Part shown: positions 1-12,199 of the stretch, in pieces
How the letters are laid out: the number at the start of each line of letters is the position of its first letter
Numbering within the stretch: the stretch's first letter is position 1
Assembly (NCBI GenBank): GCA_036172245.1
Contig: JAYWIR010000052.1
Span: 186,001 to 250,000, forward strand
Direction of reading: 5' to 3'
From: Raillietiella orientalis
Lineage: Eukaryota
Length of the DNA stretch: 64,000 nt
Made by a program: the position numbers and the translations under genes
Notes under the pieces: generated by a model
What the model was told of the DNA's origin: nothing
Seen by the model: the letters and a program-made list of their open reading frames with translations, nothing else
The model's database searches: none

Positions 1-2825
1 AACAGATGCATTCAGCAATTTTTGGGAGCAGCACTTGCATGCTGTACTGGGTACTGTGGAGCTTTTGGATATAAAAGAAAAAATGGAGCAATTGAAAGTG
101 GGCTAGAGCTGCTTAGTAGTACTTATTTTAATGATATAATTAGGTAGAATTGCAGACTGCCATGAATTTTCTGCAATTGCAACAGAGCTTACCTAGTGGA
201 AATGAAATAAAAAAGCATTTGTCTGAAGCTCTCGAATTTCAGGAACGTAATTCGGTAAGACGAGATGCTTCTTGTATCCAGCAATTGTTGCTTGTTAGAT
301 ACTGCTGTGTCAGCTTAAAGAACTGACTGCTGCAGGTGACAGTTTGTTGCTTCGCTATCATGATTATGAAGACGAGATTTCTTCAGAGAGCAAGAAACTG
401 AGAGAGTTGCAAGAAGAATATGAAAGTCTCTTATCATGTTACATTCACCAACTGGAGCAGAAAAGTATTTTGTACAACTACATTGATGAGGTCCTAAATA
501 GTGTTGTACATCACAAAGTCAATAAAGAATGCTCTATTTCAGGCAAACGTTTGGTGTCAGAGAGGAGTGACATTATTAGCTAATTGTAGTCAGGAATATA
601 ACGTGACTCCTGTTGCAGCAGAAGCTGAACTGCTATCTGTGGAAAATTTCTTATTGGGCTGTGTGGAATTGCCTTCAATTCTACAAGAAGAAAAAGTTTT
701 AAGTGATGAAGCAAAGAAACTGTTGCAGCAGGTGAGTAGAGTCACTCTCAGCCTTCTAACTGTCCACCCGTAACCTGGTTACAGGTGAAACATCGTATTG
801 AGGATGTACATCACATGTGCAATCGTCGGAAAGAATTGCTGCAGAGGGTTGTCACACGTGGCAAACGTCCAGTGCAGTCCGTATTTCCCCTTTCTAATGA
901 AACTATGAGTGAAGACAAACTTCGAACTGCAGTTACTTTGGATCGCGTGAGTCCACTTTACTGAGATCTGATTTTTTTGTTTCAAGGAGAATTGCCAGCG
1001 TCGCCAGCAGAAACATATTATCAGAGAACTTATGCAGACAGAGCACATATATGTTGAAGAGTTACATAATATCTTGCAGGTAATGTAAGAATGCAATGTC
1101 AAGTCATTGTTTACTCTATTCCTAGGGTTATGTGATTCCTTTAAGTGCCAAAGCATCTCATCTGGATGGTCTACCCAGTATCCTTTTTGGAAATTGGGAG
1201 CAACTTTATCGATTTCATCATGACGTTTTTCTTCCTGGACTTCAGCATTGTGGCTTTGATTTGAAACAGATTGGTGTTTTTTTTCTTGAACAGGTAGTTG
1301 AGCTTGTAGTTGGGTTAATGCTAATCAACAAAAAAAAATTATTGTTTAAGTAGTGGTCATGTCAAGCAGATTTTATCTTCTATTCACTATTTTCCCATTT
1401 AATTTTAAACATTCAGATTTCATTGCTGGTATTTTTTGAATTTCGATTTTGATTGCTCGATTTTTGCTTTCTTAAGTAATTGTTGGTAACTTGCTCTCCT
1501 GATCATCTCATCTTTCACCCCCTGATTATTGTGTGCGTCCCTTGATTTTTGCTATTTTAAACTTAGTTTTGAGTGATTACTCAAAGAAATCATCTTTGTG
1601 CTGATTTCTTGTTTATTGTAATCCTTCGTATTTGGCTTAGTTTACTATCTGAAGGATTCTTTTAAAGTAATTTAAAAAAACAAAAAATGAACCAAAGATC
1701 CGTTGTTCAGTGTCAAGGTATTTTCTTCTTAATCATTTGTTTTTGTTGAGCGCACTCTTTCACATCTACCATGTTTTCTTACTTGCACATTCAAGTTAAG
1801 ATGTTTATTCTTTAGAAAGACCAGCTGTATGCATTGTACAGGCAGTATTGTCAGAATAAGTCACGTTCAGAGGAACTGCAATGTTCATTGGGAAGTAATG
1901 CATCCATTCTGTTAGAATGCCAACAACAGCTTGGCCATCTTTTACCTCTTAGTGCATATCTTTTGAAACCAGTGCAGCGCATCACAAAGTATCAGTTGCT
2001 TCTCAAGGTATATGTCTCATTTCAGAGTCTTTTATGGAAGTACTTTCAGGAGCTGCTAGCTAGCGCTAAAGAATGTTCTCAGATACAGGATGCCCTTGAT
2101 GGAATGCTGCAAGTTGTGCAAGAAGTAAATGATAGCATCCAACAGTTGGATGTGTTTGGATATTCAGTAGGTTCCTAGCAATATATGCCCCTTTTTACTT
2201 TGACCCTAGGGTTGTCTAACTGAGATAGGCAATTTACTTCTGCAGGGAAATTTTCTTGTTTGGCATGAACACAAAAGAGAGAAACTGCTTGATCTTCGGT
2301 TAAAACCAATGCAGCGCCATTTATTTTTATGTGAAAGAGCTGTGCTTTTTTGTAAAAAGCAGACTCAAGGGTGGCAGTACAAAGGGCATCTGTTGGTATG
2401 TAGCTGAGATATTCTTGAAGAGCAGCAAATTACATAGATACCAGATGTCCGAGGTAGGTCTTACGGAGACTGTCCTCTCCGGAAGAGGCTTACGTTTTGA
2501 ACTGTGGTTAAAAGGCCGCTCAGAAGTGTATATCATTCAGGCCAGTAGTCTGGAACTGAAAAATCAGTGGGTGAAAGTGATTAAAGATGTGCTGTACAAA
2601 CAGCTAATGCTGCTACGAGGGGAAAAAAATTATCAACCAGCACTCCTGTGTTTACAGTCGAATTTCGAAAACCTTACCGACTGTAGTTCCCAGAAAGTCA
2701 ATGAAAGTCACCCCGATATTTGTGCTTTAACTAACAGTTCGGACGGATTTTCCAATTCTGAGCAATGGGAATTATGTTCCAACAGTGAGGCACAACTCAC
2801 TTCTCATGTACAAAATGTTGGGTAG
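1..2825 (+). CDS. MCF2L: Dbl-family RhoGEF, DBS/MCF2L-like (spectrin repeat-DH-PH); 5' end lies outside the window; 11 exons visible
   Basis: Hand-spliced exons 1-97, 144-254, 299-490, 543-731, 785-946, 987-1079, 1126-1293, 1816-2007, 2050-2166, 2210-2395, 2445-2825(TAG). All introns are GT..AG and join into one open frame. Peptides: spectrin-like AFSNFWEQH and ANVWCQRGVTLLA; DH KHIIRELMQTEHIYVEEL, LFGNWEQLYRFH, YCQNKSRSE, LSAYLLKPVQRITKYQLLLK; PH GNLLLQGNFLVW..LKPMQRHLFLCERAVLFCKK and FELWLKGRSEVYIIQA. These match DBS/MCF2L-type GEFs from memory; the symbol denotes the subfamily, not proven orthology. Confidence 0.92.
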
Positions 2826-3004
2826 GAAGTAATCCATGATTTCATTTACCTAATGATAGCTGGTGTCTCCATTAAGAGTAGTCAGTGTTCTTAATGTTCA
2901 CTACAGTCTGGGATGGTGCATATTTTTATTTTTAATCAATTTTAAATTGTTGACTAGAGCAAAGACTATCGAGTTTTTTTAACAGGATCTATGGACTAAT
3001 TATG

Positions 3005-3010
3005 AATAAA
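3005..3010 (+). promoter_or_regulatory. Candidate polyadenylation signal of the RhoGEF gene
   Basis: AATAAA 180 nt downstream of the stop codon, in an AT-rich 3' UTR-like region. Confidence 0.4.
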
Positions 3011-3499
3011 GTATTATTTATGAGGCGACATTTGATCATTGGATGGAAGCATCGAAGCACTGACTTTAATCGACACTTTTCCTTGCTAGTGTTTTTCATT
3101 ACTGTGTTCGCACACAGCGTGTTTCTGGGTGGATTGCCGTTTGTGATTCAAAAAGACACCATAAGTTACTACACTTTGAAGTTACTGAATAGTGCCACAG
3201 ACTTACGTGTTTCATAAATAAGTTTCAGCACTGTACCAAACGTAAATTTAGGGTAGCAAAAGTAAAACTCCATCGAAAATATTTGCACCGATTTATGCCG
3301 ATGATTTTTGCCTTTTTTGCTCTTCTTCATAGTGCCGAACGTGCGAAATTGCTCTGATTATTGTTCTCAAACTTTTCGAACAAATGCAATCACCTTCAAG
3401 GCTGCAAGGACCCATTTATTCCCCGGAAAAGAAAAGGAAAAAAAGGAGGGTGAGAGGGGGGGGGAAGACTTGCCCGAACCTGCCCGCTGCGTCAACGCG

Positions 3500-4178
3500 A
3501 ATTCCCTTTGCCCTTCTCCCCCACGCGTTTCTTTGGAAAACCTCTGGAAGGGCCGGGATCAGCAGGAAACGGTCCAGCACTTTGGGTTCCGAGAGCAGTC
3601 GCACCCGACCCGGAAGTCCCGAGCTGCAGCCTCCTGACTGCTGGACCGGCGTCGAGACAGGATGACGGTGGTGGGTGCACGGCCGGGGTCGTTGTCCACG
3701 GGTGTCCACGAATCGGTGTCGCACGGTGTACACAGAAGCATTCGGTCGTGGCGCGTGCAACTTTCCCGGTCCACGCTTCTTCTGGAACGTGCCTTTCCCA
3801 CGGAAGGAGGACCTTGCACGTGTGCCCGGCCCTGAGGCATTCCAGGATTCGAAAACGTGGCCGGGGGAAGCATCAGATCCCATCGGCCCCGATTTGGGGG
3901 AGGAGTGGGGGGGGGAGAGAGGGAGTTTACCTGTGCATGCGGTAGGTGAAGAGCTTTCCACCAGCGTGACCCGTGATGTGTACAGTACGTGCGCGCTGCT
4001 GGTGAACGAAAGGCGGATTCGTATCTGCGTACTGTATGCTTCTCCGGAGTGTACTTCCCGAGCTCGTAGCGTAACTGACGGACACTCGGAAGACCGAGCC
4101 TGCATTTGCACATATCTGGCCGTCACGAAATTATGATCGATACTTGGCGCTGAAAGACCGTTTCGAGTATTGTTTTTT

Positions 4179-4209
<31 letters not shown>

Positions 4210-4460
4210 TTTTGTTTTTGCTTTCCCTCCCCCCTTTTTTTTTCCCCTTCTTTTTTCCCCGTGTGCATGAAGGTCGATGGGGAACTTTCCCGCCGAAACA
4301 GTAAAACGCTCTTCTAAACGATTCGCATGCATTCATTTTTCTCTCACGATGGGGCAGATTGCCTGGGGGGCTGCAGCCGGATTGAGTGGTGTTCCAGCGA
4401 ATACGCGGTTCTGGAGTGCAATTTTCAGTGTTACCGACTGTGAACGGAAATCGGAATTTT
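3500..4460 (-). pseudogene. Decayed tandem C2H2 zinc-finger sequence
   Basis: Minus-strand fragments in shifting frames resemble fingers and linkers: PHRERKMNACESFRRAF..VPHRPSCTRGK, MCKCRLGLPSVRQL / EVHSGEAY, HITGHAGGKLFT, LCTPCDTDS. Frameshifted and interrupted by a (CA)n tract and homopolymer runs. Confidence 0.45.
4181..4205. repeat. (TG)n microsatellite
   Basis: Direct read of the sequence. Confidence 0.95.
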
Positions 4461-4587
4461 AGTGACACATCACGCCGGTCGTTCTCCTTCGTTTGGGGTC
4501 GAAAGTAATCGTGCAGCTTTTGATGTTTTTTTTTTCTTTCTCCTTTTTTCTTTTGGAAGTAAAGAATTCCTGGAATTATGAGTAATT

Positions 4588-5207
4588 ATGCATTTAGCAC
4601 AAAGAATAAAAAGTTGGGTACCGATGAGCGTGCCAGGGACTCTGATCACCTTAATAACTCCAATTGAGAGGGAGAAGATGCAGAGGAAGGATGTGCAGAA
4701 TACGTAAAAATTAACCATATATATTTGGAAAATACCTATTTCACGTAAACGATCTCTCTGCTTTTAACTCTTGACAATTTTTTTTTTTTTTTTCAGATTT
4801 GAACGAACGAATTTGCCTAGGTAACACTCGTGCGCTGTACGTGGTCATCTTTGGTTAGGGGAATCAGCGCCAACAAATGTTTTCTATTTTTATGTAATCA
4901 AGAGTTTTGTACATAGGAAATCATAAAGCATGGGAGCATAATAGACTTGATGTATGGCGTTACGAAAATACGAATACCATGGATGCCTTTTTAGACACTT
5001 TCGAGATTACTCAGGACCATCAATTAACTCTCTTAGGGTAGTCATTTCACTTTATTTATGATTATTCTTTCCAGTTAAACTTTATGATTTGAAAGAAAGC
5101 TTACTGGTAGGGTAGGAGGTCGATCGATTATTTGTAGTCACTTATCCATTGATGAAGATGCTAATTTATACAAAGACATGCAACTTCTAGATCTCGTGTT
5201 ATCTTAA
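4588..5207 (+). CDS. Putative small spliced gene of unknown function (about 128 aa, 4 exons including a 24-nt microexon)
   Basis: Exons 4588-4703, 4797-4820, 4903-5037 and 5096-5207 join in frame across GT..AG introns: MHLAQRIKSWVPMSVPG..KDVQNT|FERTNLP|RVLYIGNHKAWEHNRLDVWRYEN..LTLLG|KLTGRVGGRSIICSHLSIDEDANLYKDMQLLDLVLS*. Strong poly-T/TTTCAG acceptor at 4796; the last two acceptors (AAG) are weak. No homolog recognised. Confidence 0.35.
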
Positions 5208-5759
5208 GGCCTAATTCGTACTCGACAATGGCACTGTAAGCGCTCAAAAGGGGTCTTTTTTACATTCATGTTGTGGAAGAAGAAGACAACAAATGGAACC
5301 CATAACACAAGCTCAAAGTTTCAGAAATTAGTTAAGCGGAGGTGTCTTTCTTTTTCTGTACGTTCCTTTTCCCCAATACCCTTTTACCTAAAACATATTA
5401 TAAGAGGTTCTTACCTGCGAATCAAGGTGACGTGACAGTCGAGCACAAACTGGTATCACATTTCCTCACCTGCAGATGGCACTCCTGCGTTGTACTGATA
5501 CCCTTGAAATACGTGTTACGATGTGCGATAGACTAGAGTAAGCAGATTGTACAAAAGTGTGTACTGAAATGACTGGATAAAATATTCAAAATCGTGATTT
5601 TGATTCCAACAGGGATATGAGTTCCATTTTTTCCATCTCTAAGGAAAATCGAAAACCCGTCTTTCCCTCTTTCAAGTATTCTGATGCGTGCACTCGCAAA
5701 GTGCTCCCACTTTCTTTTTTATCTTTTGACGGATTCGAACTTCGAACGGGTTGCTTTCT

Positions 5760-6330
5760 TCTTCTGGATGTAGTGAAACCTGCAGTAATCACATTTTAGA
5801 ATGGGATCCTGGATCCTCGCTGTGCTCTTTAGCTTCGACCGCTTCGTCTCTCTGTCCATCCTACGTCTTCGTTGGAAGTGTTTCATCTTTTTGTTCACAA
5901 AGTATTGCGTCATCTCATTTCTACGAGCTCATGAAGAACTTCTAAAACGCCGTGTTTGTGCATCTATCCTGGCCTCAACGAGTCTCACTCAACATTACCA
6001 TGTACCATTGCAATTCATAGGTATTTAGCTTCTCAAGAGCTGAATGCGATTTATTATTCACGGCTGATTGCACATCTTGGAGAGATTACCGAATTTCAAG
6101 GAGATCCCGAAGAATTCTTCACTGTCTTCCACACATGGGAAATCCCCAGTCGCATATTGCCACGCACTTTCCTGTGCTATCCGTGGAGATTTTTCAAAAT
6201 TTCCTTACTGCTGCTGCCCGTTCGTCTGTTCCTTCTTCCTCGACTCATTTGTTTTCTTGCCTATGCTGCGCACCTTTCTCAGCTACTGTGTATGTTTGGC
6301 CCCCTTTCTCAACACACACCAAGGTTGCAA
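5760..6330 (-). mobile_element. Internally deleted RTE-clade non-LTR retrotransposon relic
   Basis: Endonuclease N-terminus-like LEKLNTYELQWYMVMLSETR (LSETR motif) lies close to an RTE C-terminus-like ARIDAQT..KHFQRRRRMDRETKRSKLKSTARIQDPILKCDYC. Many stop codons. Confidence 0.45.
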
Positions 6331-8499
6331 ACTAAGTGGCGGGGAAAAATTATCTTGGCCAGGCAAGGGGAGTATCAAACAGATTAAGTAGCAATCTGAT
6401 ACATTGGGTATCAACAGTGAGTAAACGAATGCTTCTCTTGAAAATCCGAAAAACCAAGAAAACAAACAAACAAACAAAGTTTTGTGGGTGCTGGAAAACA
6501 GGTGGTAGCCATTCATTGATTCATCTCAACACGGACTCTGATGAGCACTTTGTTTTAAAAAAAAGAAAAAATCTTTCTTGTGAAGTTTCCAGAGCCTGTT
6601 TGAGTCAATCCAAGATTTCTTTCCCCCTCATTACATGTCAGTATTCGTAACTGGAGACTTAGCCGACATTGCTCCTTCTAATTCTGCCACCTCACATTTC
6701 TAATACTGTTTGTGCCTTCATAATGGATGTCACGTAAAACGTACGTGCAATGCCCCGCTTACCAAAGGAGTCTCATACTTGTTCAGCTGTTTTTTTAATT
6801 TTCGGTTTCGTCATTTGATTTTTTTTTCTTTTTTCCTCTCAACACAGTTTTCCTATTTATCTTCGAGAAGAACCAAGGACATTTAACACCTTTCTTCAGA
6901 CGTTTAGTCAAGCACAGCTACCCCAGTGTTGCCACCGTTAGCTACAGAAACTACAAGTTGAGCTGTAAAAACAGTCTCAGATTGCCGCGATGATTTTTCA
7001 AGAACGAGCGGATGGCAAAACGCACCAAACCTTTCTTCCGTGCTAACCGAATTTCGAGATTAATTTCTGCTGTGACGAATGAGTCTCCGGGAGCTGTATC
7101 TGCATGCTTCAGACATCTACAGGGCTGAAAGATCGTTAAATACGGCTAGCACGTATGGAAGGCATGCAAAGAATTTTCCACTGTGAAAGTAAAATATACG
7201 AAATGGAAATAATAAGAATAATAAAAGAAAATGTGAAATGATGAAAATGAAATTCTGAAATCGGGAGGAAGCCCTTGCTTGCGAAGCATCAGCCCAGGGT
7301 TGCCAAGCAACCTAATTGTAGTGAGGCATACATGATGAAAACGAAATTTTTGTTAGAAAATCGTGCTCTTCTAGGCTGGTCGTAGTCATTTTATAAACTG
7401 CTATCTAAACTGCACCCGCAGTTATGCACGAAATAGCTCTGAAGACGCGTTTGCAAATCTTTTAACGCTTTTTGTATTACGGTACTTGAACTTTCGAGGA
7501 TTGCATCAGCAAAAAAAAAGTGGAGCACGAACAGCTGAAAACTATTCTGTGCGGAGCGGTGATTGCAGGCTTAAGAGGGAGGAGGCCTTCGGGAAAAGTG
7601 TGACTTCGTTCCACGTGCGTGGTTCATTCAAGAACCCAGCTAGAAATGCTGTGCCCTTCGCTCTCTGTGTCTGGGAAACTTTTTTCGGCGAGAAACTTTT
7701 CCCTTGCCTCCACTCATCTACGTGCCCCACATGGCTCCGTGTACAATCTGCCTCCGTGGTAGGAGGGGTCGTGGAGGCCCGGCGGATGTATCCCCGGGTC
7801 GGGTCACTCCGGAACCGGAAAGGCAGGCCGCCACGAACCAACCAACCACGGGACCGGAGGCCTTCCATCCGGCACCGAACCGACCTCCGCCTCCTCGCTG
7901 AGACAACCCGGGCGATTTTCCCTTCCTCCCCGACCCCCACGAGGCATTTCGAGGCAGCGGACGCGCCGGAACTCGTGACTGACTTCCCACTCTTTCCCTG
8001 GCCGGCCGCCGGACGCGCAGACCCCGCAGAATTCGAGGCGCGCTCGCATCCCAAAGGTTCGGCGTCTGCAGCCGGCAAAAGCTTTTTTTAAAACAGTTTT
8101 TGGCACGCGTGATGAAAAACCCGCGCTAAGCGTCCAGGCCGAATCCCCCGCCTTCAAATGACTGCCATGCCTTGCGGGATAACGAAACGTGGTCTCGAGG
8201 TGCCTCCGAAAAAACCAAGGAGCGAGTTGCGGCGACGAAAGCATCACAGGTGGTCGTGTTTTTTTTTTTTTCTTTTTGAAAAAAAAAAAAAAAAAAAGAG
8301 GCATTTGATCGTTATGCAGTGGTCACCTGCCTGTCCTGGTCTGCTCATCCTGGTCAGAAATCTTTCCGTCTTTTCCGTTTCCAGATGCGGAGCACACGAG
8401 CAGCTAATAGGTTTGCTTCTGCACGGAATTGTGGGAACAGGAACGATGAAATTCTTTGTATTTCATCTTAACTAAGCAATAATGCGGGTTCATGTGCGT

Positions 8500-10150
8500 T
8501 GTATTGTGTCTCCAGCGGATGGGGGGGCTGGGTTGGGAGGGAAGCACCGTCGGATCCCACATTCAAGGCGGGATGTGCCATTCGCACAAGGCGATAGCCG
8601 GTGTAGTGTGGTCTTCCTCGTGCGATTTCCGGTCCCCGCGGCGCCTCGCCCTTGGACGCGGGTCGCGGAGCGGTGAGGCGGTCGACGAAGCGACGAAAGC
8701 ACTTCCTGCGCTGCTGAAGAAACCCACCGCGCTTTTCCAGCCGGTGGCACCGTCCTCAGCGGGTGCGACCCGGGCTGGACCGGGAATGCCGGCTCTCCGC
8801 CGCGCGCCTGCACTCTGCATGGCGCCGAGGGAAGAGCTGGCGATGTTCTGCTATCGTCTGAAAGGACATAGCTCGCAACAGCGGCGACACAAGTCCTCTG
8901 GCTAGGGCGGTCCAGCGCACGGAATTCCCTTCCAGGAAGCTGCGGTACGCGGGTTTCTCCGCGCAGCTTCGAAGAACAACCAAATGGATCCGTAGCTGAG
9001 CCTGTCGACGGCGAAGTGGACGGGGAAACCGCAGGCATGAATTCCGCCTCATTATCTGAGCGGGAGAGATTTATCCGATGCCCGTCGGGGAACGACTCGT
9101 GCGCCCAGAAACATCGCCATTTTTTCTGCTTTTCAGATTGCTGCTCGACAGATAAGTGCGACGATGACTGCGAATAACTTAAGTGTCCACGCCCATCGAT
9201 CCAGCGCATGTAAAGCGGGAAACAGACTAGAAGGAATTGCACCCCGGATGCAGTCGTAACTTCCATTGCACGCGATCAGCGGCTAGAAGGCACCTTACCT
9301 CCCCCCCAAGCGCTGTTTCTTTTTCGGCCATTACCTGGCCTATATCCATCCATCTTGGAGGAGAGCAGCGCCGTGCTTCCAAGACCGCGACACCCCAAGT
9401 CTGGCTTTCATGCTGGACTCTAGAAGCTCCAACGCGCTCGCCTCTTGGAGTGCGCCTTCTGGTTGCCCGGTGGTGGCTGCAAGCACGCAGCAGTTGATGT
9501 GCTGCCAAGCGCCAAGGTGAAGTAATGAGGCTCGATGCTGCGGACCGTCGCCAATGGACGAATACAACGAACGAGATTCCCGTACTCTCAAGCGCCTGCT
9601 TTGAAAAGAAAAGAAAAACTGCCTGAGCTTTGCCTGGTTTTCCTTAATGGCTCGAGATTGTGTTTTCGGCATTCGGTCGCCGCTGCGCACGGGAGCGCAT
9701 GCGTCCCCTACTCAGCGCTCTGCGGTGGCGCCGCAGCAAGGAACAAGAAGCAGCGGCCGATGAGGAATCGGTGGTGTGCCTCGTTTCCGCCTTTGGCAAT
9801 CCTGCTGAAAGAGACCGCAGCCTCATGCCTACAGGTGGCGCTGCGAGCTACCCGCGGACGACGGGTGCTTTCGTTTCGAGGGGGCGTCGGCTACTTAGGC
9901 GACCTGCGTTTCCTCAAGTGGCTGCTGTCGTTGTTCTCGGAGGAAAACGAGAAACTGCAGCGGAATAAGATTCGGCTGCTTGGCGGCCGCGGGCCAGCTG
10001 CTTGCCTTTCGGCGGAGAGGTGGCGCAGTCGCTCCCAAGTGGGCGGCGAGGAGATTTCGCCCAAGAGCTTCCCGAACGCCCTGCGTGCTCGGCAAGGCGA
10101 GCAAGAAGGCCATCGCGAGAGAAGACGGCCAAGCGAAGAGCACACGCTCG
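8500..10150 (-). mobile_element. L1/Tx1-like LINE relic, APE endonuclease and interdomain region
   Basis: Degenerate EN-like motifs PLEETQ (LQETH-like), RSLYSSIG (shared with the + copy at about 15960) and LLQDGW; frameshifted. Confidence 0.4.
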
Positions 10151-10209
10151 GGGACACCCACCTTATCCTCTTTCCTGCCCCCCTCTCCCCTATAAAACTA
10201 TACAGGATA

Positions 10210-10553
10210 CAGTGGTGCCTCGGTACTCGACGTTGTTAGAACTAGGCCAACTCAGTGCTAGTCGCATTTTGACGAGAAAAAAAAAAGTTTCGACACTCGG
10301 CGCATGCTCGGAACTCGACACCTCACTCATGATGAAACAACTGAACGCTTTCGCCTCATTGTAGCTCGATTCCATAGAGTGCCTCCCAAATCTTTCCTTT
10401 TTTGGGTCCTTCTGTGCATTTTAAGCCTCGATCATGGGTCCCAAAATAATTAAAAAATGATACCACTAAGCTTAGAAAGGAACTCGTTCGGAACTCGTCG
10501 GTTTCGGCATTCGTTTCCGGAGCGAATTACCGACGAGTACCGAGGTACCACTG
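10210..10553. mobile_element. 344-bp Tc1/mariner-superfamily (Tigger/pogo-type) MITE
   Basis: Terminal inverted repeats CAGTGGTGCCTCGGTACTCG (from 10210) and CGAGTACCGAGGTACCACTG (ending 10553) differ by 1 mismatch in 20. TA flanks both sides (10208-10209, 10554-10555). No coding capacity. Confidence 0.88.
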
Positions 10554-10699
10554 TATTTCTTAAGTCCTTTGGCGCATTCGGCAGCTCCTGCTGCCCTTGC
10601 CTTTTCCTGGTTTGTGCTCATAGAAAGCGCGGTTTTTCCCCAGGTCCGACAAGAGCTGGGATGAATTTTTAGTGAGCAACACGAATCCCCCATCCGGGA

Positions 10700-12050
10700 G
10701 TTTCTGCACATACTTCCTTGAGTGTTTAGCTGACTTCATCAGCCCGCTAAACACTCTGTTCCAGGGCGAAGCATGGACGCCAACCTGCTCTGCTCTGGAA
10801 CCTGGTTCTCGCCTCAATAGGCAAAGGAGATCATGGGCAGCCGGAATTCCGGTGCGTGCGTCGTCAAAGGGTCGGATGGTCGCGTAGGGGGAGAGCCCTT
10901 GCGGTCGCTGTCGACTTGCGTAAAGCATTCGACAGCGTCGACCAGAATCTCCTGCTGGAGCTTCTGGAACGCTTGGGCTTCCCGGCCTCATTAGTGGCCT
11001 ATCTGCGCTCCAGCTGGCGCGACGCGCTCATCAACGTTACTTTCAGCGGGCAGACCGTGCACGGCGTGCCGGTGCGGCGTGGGATACGTCAGGCAGACCG
11101 CCTGAGTCCCTTGCTCTTCAGTACCTACTTTGAGTTGGTACTGAGAGCGTACAGGGAAACTCTGGCGCACCTGCCGCACGACTGCGCCGGTACGCCGGCC
11201 GTTTCAGCGTTCGCGGACGACCTTCTGCTGCTGCTCCCTATGTCCACCCCGGCTGCGGCGGTCGAGGAGTTCTTCGACCTGCTGCATCGGGGAACCGGAC
11301 TCACGGTGAACAGGGCGAAGTCGTCTGTGGTGGTAGTTGGCGGGTGCGTGGACAGGGCGGCCGACTGGATCCACCAGTGCATCCCCAAGGGACGGTGCTT
11401 AAAGTACCTGGGCGTTCCGTTGGGGAACTTCTGCATAGCAGAAGCCTGCTCCGACCGTCTTCAAAAAGCAAAGCAGGTGCTCGGCCGGTTCCAAAGAGGC
11501 AGGTTTTATCTTCCGCAACGGGCCGCGATGTGGAACACGTTTGTGGCTCCCCTCCTCCGCTTCCTGTTTTTTATTTGCCCTTCCCGCCATGTAGCATCAG
11601 AAAGCGGACGAAGGACCACCTCCGGATCGCCCTCTGAGGCGAAAGAAGGCCTCGAGTCCACCTGAAGGGCTTGTGTGCTCTCCTCTGGAACGTGGGCTTA
11701 GGCCTCCTTCTGATGCTGGAGGGAATTGAGCTGCAGCTCCGGTTTCGGACACTCGCCCTCGTGGCAACCCTGTGGAGCACCACTAGTGCCAACCTGCAGG
11801 TCTCGTCCAGCAAGCCACCGACAGCGTGGGACTCGCATCCTTCCTCGCGCGCCGTCCACGCAGCCTCATCCGCTGAGGACTGCACATTCGGCGGGTGGCT
11901 ACGCTGGCTAGGAAGAACGGATGGATCTCGGGCCGCCCCGCGAGCGGTGGTGCCTGGTTGCAGGAAACCGTTCCCACGTGGGAGGGATCCAGGAGCCAAG
12001 CCCCGAACAGGTGCAACATCTCCTGCACTCGCGTAACAACTGCACGCTCC
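10700..12050 (+). mobile_element. L1/Tx1-like non-LTR retrotransposon, RT domain (copy A, disrupted)
   Basis: ORF 10856-11665 contains AVDLRKAFDSVD, RRGIRQADRLSPLLFSTYFE, SAFADDLLLLL, GLTVNRAKS and KYLGVPLG (RT motifs 3-7). Frameshifts up- and downstream. Confidence 0.9.
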
Positions 12051-12199
12051 ATGAGATCCCGGAAGATGACATTATGCGTGGGCGAACGGAACCTCCCCCG
12101 CCGCCTAACTGCCGTCACTCGGGGAACACATGGGCAGCGGTCTTGTGGCTAGATGGAAGGTTACAGCGCAAATCTTCGGTAAGAGAAAAAAACTAGATG

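Noticed and set aside
3690..3810. RSRR furin site followed by a Cys-rich peptide suggesting a TGF-beta ligand
   Set aside because: Cysteine spacing (CxGxC, terminal CxC) does not fit; it is better explained by the zinc-finger relic.
7889..7902. HDV-ribozyme-like core GCC-TCCTCGCT
   Set aside because: The P3 partner is GAG rather than GGC, and no P1/P2 pairings were found.
10856..11665. Interpretation of the RT as a bacterial retron, group II intron or DGR system
   Set aside because: The motifs (DxxKAFDSV, GIRQGxxLSPLLF, KYLG, downstream zinc finger, associated APE domain) and the spliceosomal-intron context indicate a eukaryotic non-LTR element.
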